Part shown: positions 1 to 11,858 of the stretch, one piece after another
How positions within the stretch are numbered: position 1 is the first letter of the stretch
Layout: each line of letters starts with the position of its first letter
From: Octopus vulgaris
Taxonomy: Eukaryota
Length of the DNA: 64,000 nt
Direction: 5' to 3'
Assembly: GCA_951406725.2 (NCBI GenBank)
Contig: OX597833.1
Span: 53,816,001-53,880,000, forward strand
Translations under genes and position numbers: made by a program
Notes under the pieces: generated by a model
What the model was told of the DNA's origin: nothing
The model's database searches: none
Seen by the model: the letters and a program-made list of their open reading frames with translations, nothing else

Positions 1-741
1 CCATTTGATATTCATTTTGATATTGATGCACTTGACTCAATAGGTCTCCACAAGCGCAGCAGGTCATGTGAAGCAACGACATCATCAAAACCTCAAAGCT
101 ACAAGATGATGCATGGTAAATTTTAAACAACTCGAATAAACAAGCATTACATTTGACAGAATAACCTGAACAATTAAAGGTTAAATGCTTTCACCAAGGA
201 AGTTCATTAAAACCTGCAAGGTTTTGCCCTTGTTGTACAATACGATTGTTGTACTACAGGGTCAGGTCCCACCTCTGATCAACAGCCAAAGGATGTTACC
301 ATAGACTGAAATGATGATGAACATCTTTGTACTTTAAATTCCTGAGTCAGAAATGAGGTCTAACTTTTTTCCTGTCATTAATATGCTATTTTGTATTATT
401 CACATGACGAATATCTTCCCTTTGCCTCTAATGTTTAGCAGAATTAATTTATCATTTTTTTTTTCTGGGATAGAAGTAGTTATTTATTGTTTAATGTAAA
501 CCATAAAGTGAAAGACGGAATCCAGTTGATGTTTAGTATTTGGCATTGTACTAATAACAAGAATTATGCTATTTTCCTTTCGTTATCATCTGTATTGATC
601 ATTAACTCTTCAAGTCCTGTACAAACAGTTCAAATACTATTGTCGTCTTTTAAGGCCAGAAAAAAAAAAAGAAAAAGAAAAATAGGAATTAAGCACTATT
701 CTGTGCAAGATACAAAGTTTAACATTATTTTAGAAAAAACT

Positions 742-1166
742 GGATCTTTTTGGTTTGAACGGCAGTTTTTAACATAATTTCTAAGTAACTAAAAAATATT
801 AAACTTCGTATACTGGTAGAATGCGTTTATAAAACATCTTTTTCTCTTGGATTTATTGAGAAAATTCTATAGCTTGTAAGATATTTGCTGTTTTTTTTCT
901 TCAATTTCTGCAATTTCAACCAATCGATGACGTCCATTGAGTTAAAAAAAACATTCTGTGCCGTATGAATATGTCCCTCGTTTAAGAAACAGATTGGGTT
1001 TATTTATATTTCTGAAGAAAAAAGGATACCATTCCCCCCAACCCTAACCCTAACCCTAACCCTAAAACAGATTGAAATGCAATAGATCGATTCTAGGGTC
1101 ATAATTATGGGTGACAATTTCATATGACACCGCTAGAAAAAACTGCCGTTCAAACCGAAAAGATCC
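742..1166. mobile_element. Non-autonomous DNA transposon (MITE) with ~28-bp TIRs starting GG, Merlin-like; contains internal telomere-type (CCCTAA)4
   Basis: Left end ggatctttttggtttgaacggcagttttt is the inverted copy of right end aaaaactgccgttcaaaccgaaaagatcc. Flanks aaaaaact / caaaaact look like an 8-bp TSD with one mismatch. A second copy lies at ~59985-60401. Confidence 0.75.
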
Positions 1167-3030
1167 CAAAAACTTTCTGCCCTTCCCTCACAAAAAAAAA
1201 GAGAAAAAAAACCAAAAACAAAACTTGTTTGTACCATGCGTGTTTGCTTATCTTTTATAGAGCAAATTTCTCCAGATTTTTTTTTCCTTCTTTCAATTTT
1301 CAAGTGTAATAGCAGTTTATAATCTCAAGCAGTAAGTTAGGATTCAGTGATATTATTTATTAACGATTTAATAAAAGAGTGTTTGGACTTTGATAAAAAT
1401 AATTAGAATATTTCAGAGCCATCTATAAACACCGACAGGCTAAGTAATGTCAAGATTTTATTGATTCTGAGTAGACACGGAGTCCATCACGTAGTCGATA
1501 TTGCAGCGATGTTTTCATTAATGAATGATAACAATTAAAAAACAAATTTATTTACTGATACGTTTGAAGTGCAGGGTTGCTGCATACGATTATTGTTATA
1601 AGAGTAAGTAAAGACGAGTAAAGGCCGTCGGTCAGAAATATGTTAATATATTTAAATTGAGGATTAGACTTACTATGACACATGTATTTTGCCATGTTTT
1701 ACTATCAGTGAAGTTTCACAGAAGAGATTTTACAAGTGTACTCAAATTGACAACTACATTAAATTACTAGCAATTTATTCATAAGAAAACAACCTCTTAA
1801 AACACATATACACACGCATCAAGATTCTTATTAAACATTAATGAAGTTTTATTTCAAAAAAAAAAAAAAAAAAGAAGGGAAAAAACAAAAACCCACTAGA
1901 TTCAATATCTAAATGTCTGAATCGCTTTGTCGTTAATATGATTACCATTTTCCTGGCTGCAAACCTCATTTTTGATTAAGAACATTATCACTCTTAATTT
2001 AGAAATAAAGGTTCCTAGTTTGAAATACCTTCCAGTACAAGAAATTACGCCATCTATCAGAATCAGAGATCAAAGCAACTCAAAAACAGTATTGTTGTAA
2101 ATATATAAAACAAGCAAAAAAAATTTTAAAAACATTACAAAAAAAAAAAATTCATCTTGTAAAGACAAGGTTAACAGTCTGAAAAATTATCTTATTTTAT
2201 CAACCCCGGAGGGAAAGAAGATAAAAATGACATTAATAAGATTTTTGCTCAGAATGCAGCCTACAACCTACGACTTATTTATTTAAATTTGTCAAGTAGT
2301 TTGAAAATTCTGACGATGATTGCTTCTGGCTAGATTTTTAACCTTTTCCTTACAAAAAACATTAACAGCATGTTCTAAACACATTTCCAGTTCTGTAATA
2401 AAATAATCTGACAACAAGAGTCTGGCATTCCAGTGATACAGAGAATACAATTTGATGGTTTCTATGCAATGCTCACGACCATTTTTCATAGCTTTTAAAC
2501 AGTGTTTACATTATTGTATAAAATGAATTCAAATTTGTAAATGACCTCTTCTAATTAATGGAATCAGAAACAAAACAACAACAACAAAAAAAAAAAAGGA
2601 AAAAAAAAGAAAAAAGAAAAATGGTAACCGAACTGAACACAGTGTTTATAATTGAATATCATTTTAGCAAACAATCCAAGAGAAATGACTAAAAGGTTAA
2701 AAGTGATTTTTGATTAAATTTAAACTCAGAAACCGTTCGCTCACACCTACGTTTACAGCTGCATGGGTGAACAACACGAGAAAAAGTTACCAAAACAACT
2801 ACCACACTGCTGCCACTATCGCCACCAGGTGGCTACCATAACACCAACAAACTGACCTTTTTATTGCTTATTCAGAGAGAGAGAGATGGGCAGTGCCAAT
2901 GACTCCTCCCTGGGGTTCCATCATTGGTAAGGAGGAAAGGGGGTAAATCATCCTGACCTCAAATTGAAACCAAATGCTTACCCTACTAAAGTCACTTAAT
3001 GACCAGACAGTGGTGATTAACTGGGCCAAG

Positions 3031-3362
3031 TAACCCTTTAGCATTCAGATATATATTTCTTTACCACCCACAAGGGGCTAAACATAGAGGGAACAAACAA
3101 GGACAAACAAAGGGATTAAGTTGATTACATCAACCCCAGTGCGAAACTGGTACTTTATTTATCGACCCTGAAAGGATGAAAGGCAAAGTCGACCACGGCA
3201 GAATTTGGTCACATGTCGTGCTTATTTATTCACAATGTTTTGAATTAATCATGCATTATTTTGTAGCCTTGAGATTTCAATGATGTGATTGTTTATTTCT
3301 GAATAACATTGTAGGGCAGGTGTGAGAGGTTGGATCAGGCCAAGTTAAATGCTAAAGGGTCA
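3031..3362 (-). mobile_element. piggyBac-like MITE (family F), interrupted by a partial SINE B (~3054-3208)
   Basis: taaccctttagc...gctaaaggg ends; internal sequence is the reverse complement of the copy at 14183-14409. Confidence 0.7.
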
Positions 3363-3711
3363 AGTCTTCTAACCATTTCCTATCTGCTAATTTCACTTAC
3401 GAAGAATTATCAGTCTCCTGAAATGTGTGAAAAACTTTGTGGGGAACATGTGGGCCCCATACTGCACATAAGTGTCCCAAGTACGTCAAAAGCATCTGGA
3501 TTTACCACTATAAGAAAGGAAGGACACTAGGTCATAACGTTTGTTAATTTTTACATCTGTGTTTTTTTTTATTGCTGGCATGGGTTAGATGGAGACTTTG
3601 TTGAGAGAGAAATTTACAGTACCCTTTTTACTACTAACTTTGAGAGTGCAATGTTGTAAGATTTAATTTTGTCGTGTCTAAGGAGAGTTATCATGCCAGT
3701 ATGATTATTGT

Positions 3712-3991
3712 TTGTTCCTTAAGGGCCGGTTTCCCAGTTTCCTTGGCATATAGGTTCCCCACCTGGATGGGACGCCGGTCCGTCGCAGGTGAGCTGCAAG
3801 ATGCAGGAAGAAAGAGTGAGAGAAAGTTGTGGCGAAAGAGTCAGCAGAGGTTCGCCATTACCTTCTGCTGGAGCCGCGTGAAACTTTGGTGTTTCGCTCA
3901 TAAACATACACATCGCCTGGTCTGAGATTCGAACCCGCGATCCCTCGACCGCGAGTCCGCTGCTCTAACCACAAGGCCATGTGCCTCCACA
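3712..3991 (-). mobile_element. tRNA-derived SINE, head C plus 'V-like' tail
   Basis: The minus strand starts gtggaggcacatggccttgtggttagagcagcggactcgcggtcg...ggttcgaatc (Pol III A/B boxes). Homologous copies at 36909-37214 and 38595-38891. Confidence 0.85.
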
Positions 3992-4002
3992 AGTATGATT
4001 AT

Positions 4003-4310
4003 TGGTTCAATTCCACTAATTTACTAAATATCTGATTGTTTTGTTTTTGTTTTTGCTTGTCAAAGCTCTTTTGTTGCTTATAGCTTCTATAAAGGATTAA
4101 GTTGATAGTCACCGAGAAGGTTGCAAAAAGCAATGAAAGAGCTTTGACAAACAAAAACAAAACGAACGGATATTTAGTAAATGAACGGAATTAAACCAGT
4201 GTGTGTGTGTGTTAATTATATTGGCATGATGACTCACCCTAGACAACAAAATTTGTTTCAACACTCAAATTCACATAAAGAATCTTGCAAATCAGGATAC
4301 AAAAACGAAG
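4003..4310 (+). mobile_element. Penelope-like short element: degenerate minimal hammerhead motif (4108-4148) with an upstream inverted partial copy
   Basis: gtca-CCGAGAA-G-GTTGC-aaaaa-GCAAT-GAA-AGAGCT-T-tgac; 4003-4079 is an imperfect inverted copy of ~4128-4198; the 3' part is homologous to 11650-11790. Confidence 0.55.
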
Positions 4311-4347
4311 TATAAGACAATGTTTATAGGAAATGTAAACAATATAT

Positions 4348-4758
4348 AGGCGTAGGAGTGGCTGTGTGGTAAGTAGCTTGCTTACGAACCACATGGTTCC
4401 AGGTTCAGTCCCACTGCATGGCACCTTCGGCAAGTGTCTTCTACTATAGCCTCGGGCCGACCAAAGCCTTGTGAGTGGATTTGGTAGACGGAAACTGAAA
4501 GAAGCCCGTCATATATATATATATGTATGTATGTGTATGTGTATATGTTTGTGTGTCTGTGTTTGTTACCCCAACATCGCTTGACAATCGATACTGGAGT
4601 GTTTACGTCCCTGTAACTTAGCAGTTTGGCAAAAGAGACTGATAGAATAGTACTAGGCTTACAAAGAATAAGTCCCGGGGGTCGATTTGCTCGACTAAAA
4701 GGCGGTGCTCCAGCATGGCCGCAGTCAAATGACTGAAACAAGTAAAAGAGTAAAAGAA
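4348..4758 (+). mobile_element. tRNA-derived SINE, head A + central (TA/TG)n + tail A1 (...gaaacaagtaaaagag)
   Basis: aggcgtaggagtggctgtgtggtaag...ggttcagtccc A/B-box-like head; many near-identical copies in the window. Confidence 0.9.
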
Positions 4759-5530
4759 TAACGTCACTGTTTATGCAAAGACACAGAAGGCATACAACCA
4801 CTCACCCACACACCTGGGCTTCCTTATATAGTTACCATCTACCAATTTCACTGACAAGGCAAATTGCTTGCCCAAGGTGACACACTGTGAGGTGGAACAC
4901 TAAGATACGTGGTTACAAAGCAAGGTCTGAATCCACACAACTATGCCAGCATCTACACAGCAACATCTGTTATTTATTTTGATGGTTACATTGTGAATTG
5001 CATAATTACCGTTTTCTCACAAGGCTCTCTGCCTAGACGACTATCGTTCGTTTGATGGACAATCACGACTGGTGCTGAATAACAAGCAACAACTAATGTC
5101 TCTGATGGATTTCCTAACGACTCGCATATTTAATCAATTATCATAATGCCTCTCAGCTTTGGCAAACGGTAAGGAAAGGAAAACAGGTGCTTCCAGTGTC
5201 GCCTGGTCTTAACAAGACAAATTTATTTATAATTTGAATAATCACTCGCTTTATTTTATTGAAATAATGTTTTTTATTCTATTATTCCGAGTTCATATAA
5301 GTTGTTGTTTAGCCCCGAGTCAGTCCTGATTGAGTATGATCAAAGACAAGCTGTGGCCATAACACTTTTTTTTCTTTTTGTAGCTATGTACTCTGACTGC
5401 ATTATTTAATGGTGCCCATTCCACCAACTTCAAAACATGACAGAATATGATTTATATCAGAATTTATATCAGAATTCCACCACCTAAAGTACTTGTGAAG
5501 CGAAGAAAAGACAGACTGACAGACAGGTTT

Positions 5531-5750
5531 AATAATCCTTTCTACTATAAACATAAGGCCGGGAATTTTGAAGAGAGAGAGACTGTTGATCTGATCGACC
5601 TCAGTGCTTGACTGGGACTTAATTTATTGACACTGAAAGGATGAAAGACAAAGTCGACCTCAGTAGGATTTGAACTTGGAATGTAAAGCCGGACGAAATG
5701 CCGCTAAGTATTTTACCTGGTGTGCTAACGATTCTGCCAGTTCACCACCC
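5531..5750 (-). mobile_element. SINE head B with tail B2, diverged
   Basis: Reverse complement of ggtgaactggcagaatcgttagcac...gtcgactttgtctttcatcctttc... Confidence 0.75.
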
Positions 5751-5759
5751 TAGACAGGT

Positions 5760-5986
5760 TTAACCCTTTAGTGTTTAAACCGGCCATATCAGGCCAAAAT
5801 TGTCTTCCTGTTTTATGCTCAAGCTAACCAGCTCTGACCTCTCACACCTACCCTACAAAGTCATTCTAAAAATAAACAAGGACATCATCAAAATCTCAGA
5901 ATTACAAGATACTGTACAATTAATTTAAAACAATGTAATTAAACAGGCTTTACATTGACAGATTAATCTGAATGTTAAAGGGTTAA
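5760..5986 (+). mobile_element. piggyBac-like MITE family F
   Basis: TTAA-CCCTTTA...TAAAGGG-TTAA termini, ~220 bp. Confidence 0.85.
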
Positions 5987-6372
5987 TAATATAGATATAT
6001 TATATTCTATACTGATCTTCAGGAAGTTTTGGTTTCAAAGCCCTTTCTGGATTACCCATTGTGATTTTCCCAAGCCTTTGACCAACACATTATAAATCAA
6101 ACTAATATTAATTCTGCTTTAATAACTGAATGTAATACAGGTACCTGCACATTAATATAAACAATACAAGTTTATTAGTATCATACTGAGCAAGGTATCA
6201 GTAAACTTGTCTGGAGGGCATGAGAGTTTGAAGTTCCTGCTTGTAAATTAGAGCAGATTATGTTCCAGGCCTTCAATGTGCAGAAATTCAGTGTTGTAAC
6301 TGTATGTTAAAAGTGCTGTGGCTTAAGTGCAACTAGAACCAATAGGGGGGTGGTTTCACATATCAGAGATAA

Positions 6373-6570
6373 TCATGAATTGCTGTGCAGTAATGTGCAC
6401 CGGGCCCCACTCATATCAGTGAGGGGGGCTGGTGCGCATTGATGCCGTCGAGAGGTAGGCCCCAAAATGGCACGCATTCTTTCCTGATGACCCATACACT
6501 CGCTGGCTTCCGGTATGCGGAGTTCTTGACTGGTAGCACTTGCATGTGCAAGTTGTTTGCAAGACAAATA
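6373..6570 (-). other. Possible coding terminal exon of an unidentified host gene (weak)
   Basis: Non-repetitive GC-richer island; polypyrimidine-AG acceptor candidates on the minus strand at ~6571 and ~6639; minus-strand AATAAA at ~6171-6176. No recognisable protein. Confidence 0.2.
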
Positions 6571-7241
6571 CTTAAAGAAAGAGAGATGTGGACATGGAAA
6601 CATCTGGGGGTGATTGCTAGACATAATAATACGAAGAGCTGAGAGGAAGGCTGGAAGCAAAACTGAGGGTAGGTGTGGGGCAGGGAAAGGATTTGATTTT
6701 TTTGGGGGGGATGGTCTAAATAGCAGCAATATCTAAAATCCTTTTTCTATCAGGGTCTTGTACGACTTTTGCCTTGTATTACACAAAAATAAACACACAG
6801 ACAAGAATTATTTGCAACACAGTCCAGATTGTTGGGGTGGGGGTGGGAGAGAATAAAAAGCAGAAGCAAAAGAAACACAGTAAATAACAGTAAATTAGAC
6901 TTAAAAGAGAAAAAAAAAAATGGAGGGGGGGGGGAGGCAAACAAGTATTTCATGAATATATTCAAGAGAGAGACTTGAATGAACAAAGTAACTAATAGAA
7001 TATAATTATACAGACAAAGTAATTAGCTTAGCTGATTAAACAACTTACAGGCCAAGGTATTTAGCTGTCATATTTTATCTCTGACCTTCATTATTACCTT
7101 CATTATTAGCTACTAATGTAAAGTGCCTTGCAGTATTTAGTTGTTGCTGTTGATCAAAAGCATTCCAGCTGTGACCACCCCGTTTTTTTTTTCTATCTAC
7201 GAGGAACAAATTACTATTATTATCCAACAGGGCGTATTCTA

Positions 7242-7649
7242 TCTTTTACTTGTTTCAGTCATTAGATTGTGGTCATGCTGGAGCACTGCCTAGAAGAATT
7301 TTTAGTCGAATCAATTAACCCCAGGACCTATTTTTCTTTCTTATTTTAGGCCTGACACTTACTCTATCCATCTTTTTGCTGAACTACTAAGTTACGGGGA
7401 TGTAAACAAACCAACACTAGTTGTCAAGTAGTGGAAGGGAACAAACACAGACACAAAGACACACACACACACATATATATATATACGACAGGCTTCTTTT
7501 AGTTTCCATCTACCAAATCCACTCACAAGCTTTTGGTCAGCTCAAGGTTTTGGTAAGAGACAGTTATCCAAAATGCTTCACATAGGGACTGAACCCAGAA
7601 CCATGTGGTTGGGAAGGAAACTTCTTACCACACAGCCAGGCTTGCATCT
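7242..7649 (-). mobile_element. SINE A (A1 tail), diverged
   Basis: Homologous to 4348-4758. Confidence 0.8.
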
Positions 7650-7750
7650 GTAGGGAGTAATCTGAGAGGGTTTTAACTGCTATTTCTAGTAAACTTGAAC
7701 AACCACAGAGAGGCTCTTTCATTGGTTTGTATAGAATTTAGAGATGTCCA

Positions 7751-8178
7751 AGGCAGCAAGCTGGCAGAAACGTCTGTCTTTCGAGGCGGCGAGCTGGCAG
7801 AAACGTTAGCATGCCGGGCGAAATGCGTAGCCATATTTCGTCTGTCGTTACCTTGTGAGTTCAAATTCCACTGAGGTCAACTTTGCCTTTCATCCTTTCG
7901 GGGTCGATAAATTAAGTACCAGTTATGCACGAGGATCAATGTAATCGACTTAATCCGTTTGTCCCCTCTATGTTTAGCCCCTTGTGGGTAATAAAGAAAT
8001 AAGTATTTCGCCTGTCTTTACATTCTGAGTTCAAATTCTGCTGAGGTTGATTTTGCCTTTCATCCTTTTGGGGCCAATAAATTAAGTACCAGTTGCATAC
8101 TGGGGTTGATCTAATCGACTGCCCCCACCTCCCTCTCCAAAAATTTTGGGCCTTGTACCTAGATTAGAAAGGAGTATT
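7751..8178 (+). mobile_element. SINE B1 (7784-8002) followed by, or nested in, a SINE B2
   Basis: ggcggcgagctggcagaaacgttagc...gagttcaaattcc...gcctttcatcctttcggggtcgataaattaagtaccag; a second body follows with a different tail. Confidence 0.8.
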
Positions 8179-8530
8179 TGGAGATGTCCAGTGGTGGGTT
8201 GGACCTAGTTCTTGCAAATCAGTTGTTAAAACATTTTTTTGTTCTTTTTTGTTAATGAGAACTGGATGTTAGCAGCTGGGTGCTGAGAAAAAAAAAAAAA
8301 AAGAGATCTACTCAATCATGCCACAGAAACAAATGACTTTGCATAGCCATGATGACAATTTGACAACAACAGTTGGTTCTAAGGTTCTGAAGTGAAAATT
8401 AATCATTGTGTTTGCTGCGTAAAATTTTCTATTTCAATATCAATATTAAGCTAAGAAAATTGATAAAGTTTATATGTCATGTCAAAAGCGATAAGAAGTA
8501 CATGTGTGTGTGTGCGTGTGTATGTATATA

Positions 8531-8885
8531 CTCTTACTCTCTTTTACTGGTTTCAGTCATTTGACTGCGGCCATGCTGGAGCACCACCTTTTAGTACTTA
8601 TTCTATCGGTCTCTTTTTGCCGAACCGCTAAATGACGGGGACGTAAACACACCAGCATCGGTTGTCAAGCAATGATAGGGGGACAAACACACACACACAT
8701 ATACATATATATAAATATATACGACAGGCTTCTTTCAGTTTCCGTCTACCAAATCCACTCACAAGGCATTGGTCGGCCCGGGGCTATAGCAGAAGACACT
8801 TGCCCAAGATGCCACGCAGTGGGACTGAACCCGCAACCGTGTGGTTGGTTAGCAAGCTACTTACCACACAGCCACTCCTGCGCCT
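8531..8885 (-). mobile_element. SINE A (A1 tail)
   Basis: Homologous to 4348-4758. Confidence 0.9.
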
Positions 8886-8899
8886 ATAATATATATACA

Positions 8900-9441
8900 C
8901 AGGGTTATTCAAAGAGAATGGACTGATTTCATTACGCAATATTTTAATAAGGAAAAGCAATAGAAAACACCAGCTGAGTCACAAGCATTTACTCACAATC
9001 AACTTTTGTTTCCTGTCTTATAAGTGATCAATGTGGCCACCACCTGTAGCACAGGCAACATGAATGTGATAAGAGAATTCCTCCCAGACACGTATCTGCT
9101 TGGCCTGTGAGATTCCCAGACCTCGCCATGTGTGATTTTTTTCTTGCGGCGGGGATATGCGAAAGACCATGTTTATGTTCCACCACTACCCACTAACCTC
9201 AATGGCCTTAAACATCGAACAACAACAGTGATCAACTCAATGGATCATGATATGCTGGGAGGAATTCTGTTATCGAATTGATGTTGCCTGTGTTGCAGGT
9301 GGTGGCCACATTGAACACTTGTAAGACAGGAAATGAAAGTTGATTGTGAGTAAATACTTGTGATTTTGCTGGAGTTTTCTATTGCTTTTCCTTATTAAAT
9401 ATTGCGTAATGAAATTGGTTCATTCTTTTTGAATAGCCCTG
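8900..9441. mobile_element. Tc1/mariner-type fold-back MITE with ~190-bp TIRs and TA flanks
   Basis: cagggttattcaaagagaatg... versus ...cattctttttgaatagccctg; the long arms are imperfect inverted repeats. Confidence 0.85.
9101..9324 (+). pseudogene. Degenerate C-terminus of a mariner-like transposase
   Basis: Translates with indels to WPVRFPDLAMCDFF..GYAKDHVYVPPLPTNLNGLKHR...WEEFCYRIDVACVAGGGHIEHL*, matching the WPPRSPDLTPCDFFLWGY...GGHIEH motif of Tc1/mariner transposases. Confidence 0.75.
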
Positions 9442-9442
9442 T

Positions 9443-9470
<28 letters not shown>

Positions 9471-9475
<5 letters not shown>

Positions 9476-9548
9476 ATAAAAGTGAAATCTTCGAAACATG
9501 TGTCGGAAGTAAGAGTATTTGAATTATACCTGCGTTAAACAGCATTTA

Positions 9549-9555
<7 letters not shown>
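9471..9555 (+). other. Truncated/degenerate hammerhead-like remnant between TA microsatellites
   Basis: atgataa-AAG-tgaaat-CTT-c-GAAAC-ATGT-GTC; the 5' core is degenerate. Confidence 0.3.
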
Positions 9556-9581
<26 letters not shown>

Positions 9582-9897
9582 CTTGTGCCGGTGGCACGTA
9601 AAAAGCACCATCCAAACGTGGCCGATGCACCATCCAAACGTGGCTTCCGTGCCGGAGGCACGTAAAAAGCACCAACCGATCGTGGGCATTGCCAGCCTCA
9701 TCTGGCACCTGTGCTGGTGGCACATAAAAACCACCCACTATACTCATGGAGTGGTTGGTGTTAGTAAGGGCATCCAGCTGTAGAAACACTGCCAGATCAG
9801 ACTGGAGCCTGGTGCAGCCTTCTGGCTTCCCAGACCCCGGTCGAACTGTCCAACCCATGCTAGCATGGAAAATGGACGTTAAATGATGATGATGGTG
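9582..9897 (+). mobile_element. SINE tail E ((GAT)n-ended) with internal ~55-bp repeats
   Basis: ...ggttggtgttagtaagggcatccagctgtagaaac...cccatgctagcatggaaaatggacgttaaatgatgatgat; many copies. Confidence 0.85.
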
Positions 9898-10181
9898 ATA
9901 TAAAATCAGTTGAGGTATGTTCTGTTAAGAATGTATAAGAGTACAAATAGAGCTCGTTCACCGTTAGAATTCCCAAATCGCCGGTAGTATTCTTAGGCAT
10001 TCCTCGTGTGTGAAAGTAAAAAATAAAAAGAAGCTATGGATGTTGTCTAATGGAAATCTAGATTTACTTACAGAGACAGCAATTGAGTATCGCCTGAGGA
10101 GATACATACAGATCTTCTTATACAGGTAAATTGTTACATAATTTGATTTAAACTTAACTTTAAATCCCGTATATATATAAG

Positions 10182-10264
10182 GATCTGTGTGTATCGAAAC
10201 ATTTGTAGTGATTAAAAAGTTGCCTAACCGTACTTACTCTTTCTTTCAACTCTTTTACTTTTTA

Positions 10265-10270
<6 letters not shown>
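10182..10270 (+). other. 5'-truncated hammerhead-like remnant flanked by TA runs
   Basis: GAT-ctgtgtgt-ATC-GAAAC-ATTT-GTA; same 3' half layout as 42351-42362. Confidence 0.3.
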
Positions 10271-10311
<41 letters not shown>

Positions 10312-10529
10312 GTTTGTTTTTATGTTCAGTTATAACGAAAGTAATTTTACAGTAATTTGATGGGTTACTCTGTACTTTTGAAGAGTACAAATTTATTCTT
10401 AAACAAGAATATTAACCCATCATTGGACTGCAATGTATTAGAGTTAGTCTAGCTTTTATATAGTCTCTGTTGAGTTTAAAATCTTCCTTTGGCATGTGGG
10501 TTTAAGTGGAGTGGTAATTCTAATGAACT

Positions 10530-10590
10530 GCAGTCCGATGGTGGCTTCGCTGGCGGAAACTATGAAGTCATTGTCAACATTCTTGTTTAA
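10530..10590 (+). mobile_element. Degenerate hammerhead-like motif, same family as 41357-41422 and 43655-43712
   Basis: gcagt-CCGATGG-tggcttcgctggcg-GAA-ACT-atga-AGT-C-attgtcaacatt. Confidence 0.5.
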
Positions 10591-11048
10591 GAATTATATA
10601 TATATATATATATATCATCAACAACCCCACCTGTTGCTACTTTGCTTCCTTCCTCCTCTCAATACTTTAACCTGTCATCGTAACCAAATCAGTGCTGTTT
10701 ATGTATTTTACCTATCTACCTTTCTTTCTTCTCCCATACAGTATTTTAATCTTCTCACTTTAATTGTATGTCATTGCCTTTTAGTATTAACGCTGTTTAT
10801 GTCACTATCAATTGTCTTTAATAAACCCACTCTATGGTTCTTTGAGAGACTGTATGTACTGTAGACATCTATCTACTTGTCCAGTTTTATTGAGCTTTAA
10901 ACTTCAATTCATCTCATACGACCATATAGCATCTCATCTTTTGTCACCAAACGAATGCTTGATCTTCAGTTATAACTTTCATTTTCTTTCTCTTCAAAAG
11001 CCACAGAGGTTTACATTGTCTTTCACTTTTTCTGAGCATATTTAATAA

Positions 11049-11367
11049 TTAAACCAGCTATATCTGGCTCAAAAATTCTGTTTGTGTTCAGAACAGCTAT
11101 ATTTGGCCTCTCCCACTTACCCAACAATGTCATTCTAAAAATAAACATTGACATCATCAAAATCATGATTAATTCAAAACAATGTTCGGCAAAAGAGACC
11201 GATAGAATAAGTACTGGGCTTACAAAGAATAAGTCCCGGGGTCGATTTGCTCGACTAAAGGCGGTGCTCCAGCATGGCCGCAGTCAAAATGACTGAAACA
11301 AGTAAAAGAATAAAAGAATAAATAAGCTTTATATTCCTCAGAGTAATTTGAACACTAAAGGGTTAAA
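11049..11367 (+). mobile_element. piggyBac-like MITE F interrupted by a SINE A1 tail (11185-11320)
   Basis: F-family internal sequence and ...ctaaagggttaa end. Confidence 0.7.
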
Positions 11368-11592
11368 CAGCACTCAAGTACAAGTATGACATAATTGGCA
11401 ATACTCTCCCCTAAATTCGTACCTATGTGGGGAAACTGGGGCCGGTGGTAGTGGTGGGGGTGGAGTGTTCACCATCATAAATCATTATTATAAAAAAAAT
11501 GTTTAAAAATCATATTTGTCACAACAGCTTCTACTACGAATATTACTGTTGATCAATTCTAAATTAAAAAGCCAAAACAGGAAACCATAATA

Positions 11593-11790
11593 ATTCTGTT
11601 GTGTCTGGGGAGAGTCATTCTCTTTTAGTGCCTTCCACAAAAATAAGAAATAAGTGGAAATTTTACTGGTGAGTGTGTTAAATAATAAGGCACTAAAAGA
11701 GAATGACTCTCCCCAGACACAACAGAATATGCTTCAACACACGAACTCATATAAAGAATCTTGCAAACCAAATCCAAAAACAAAATAATA
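11593..11790 (+). mobile_element. 5'-truncated Penelope-like element with a perfect 42-bp inverted 5' copy
   Basis: 11593-11634 is the exact reverse complement of 11687-11728; downstream sequence is homologous to 4185-4310 and runs into (AAT)n. Confidence 0.6.
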
Positions 11791-11825
11791 ATAATAATAA
11801 TAATAATGACGATGATGATGATGAT

Positions 11826-11858
<33 letters not shown>

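Noticed and set aside
1040-1065. Telomere or chromosome-fusion relic
   Set aside because: Only four units, internal to a multi-copy MITE.
4382-4801. Recurring ORFs such as LLSVSVYQIHSQG...[19 protein letters not shown]
   Set aside because: Antisense translation of SINE A; the recurrence reflects copy number, not a protein family.
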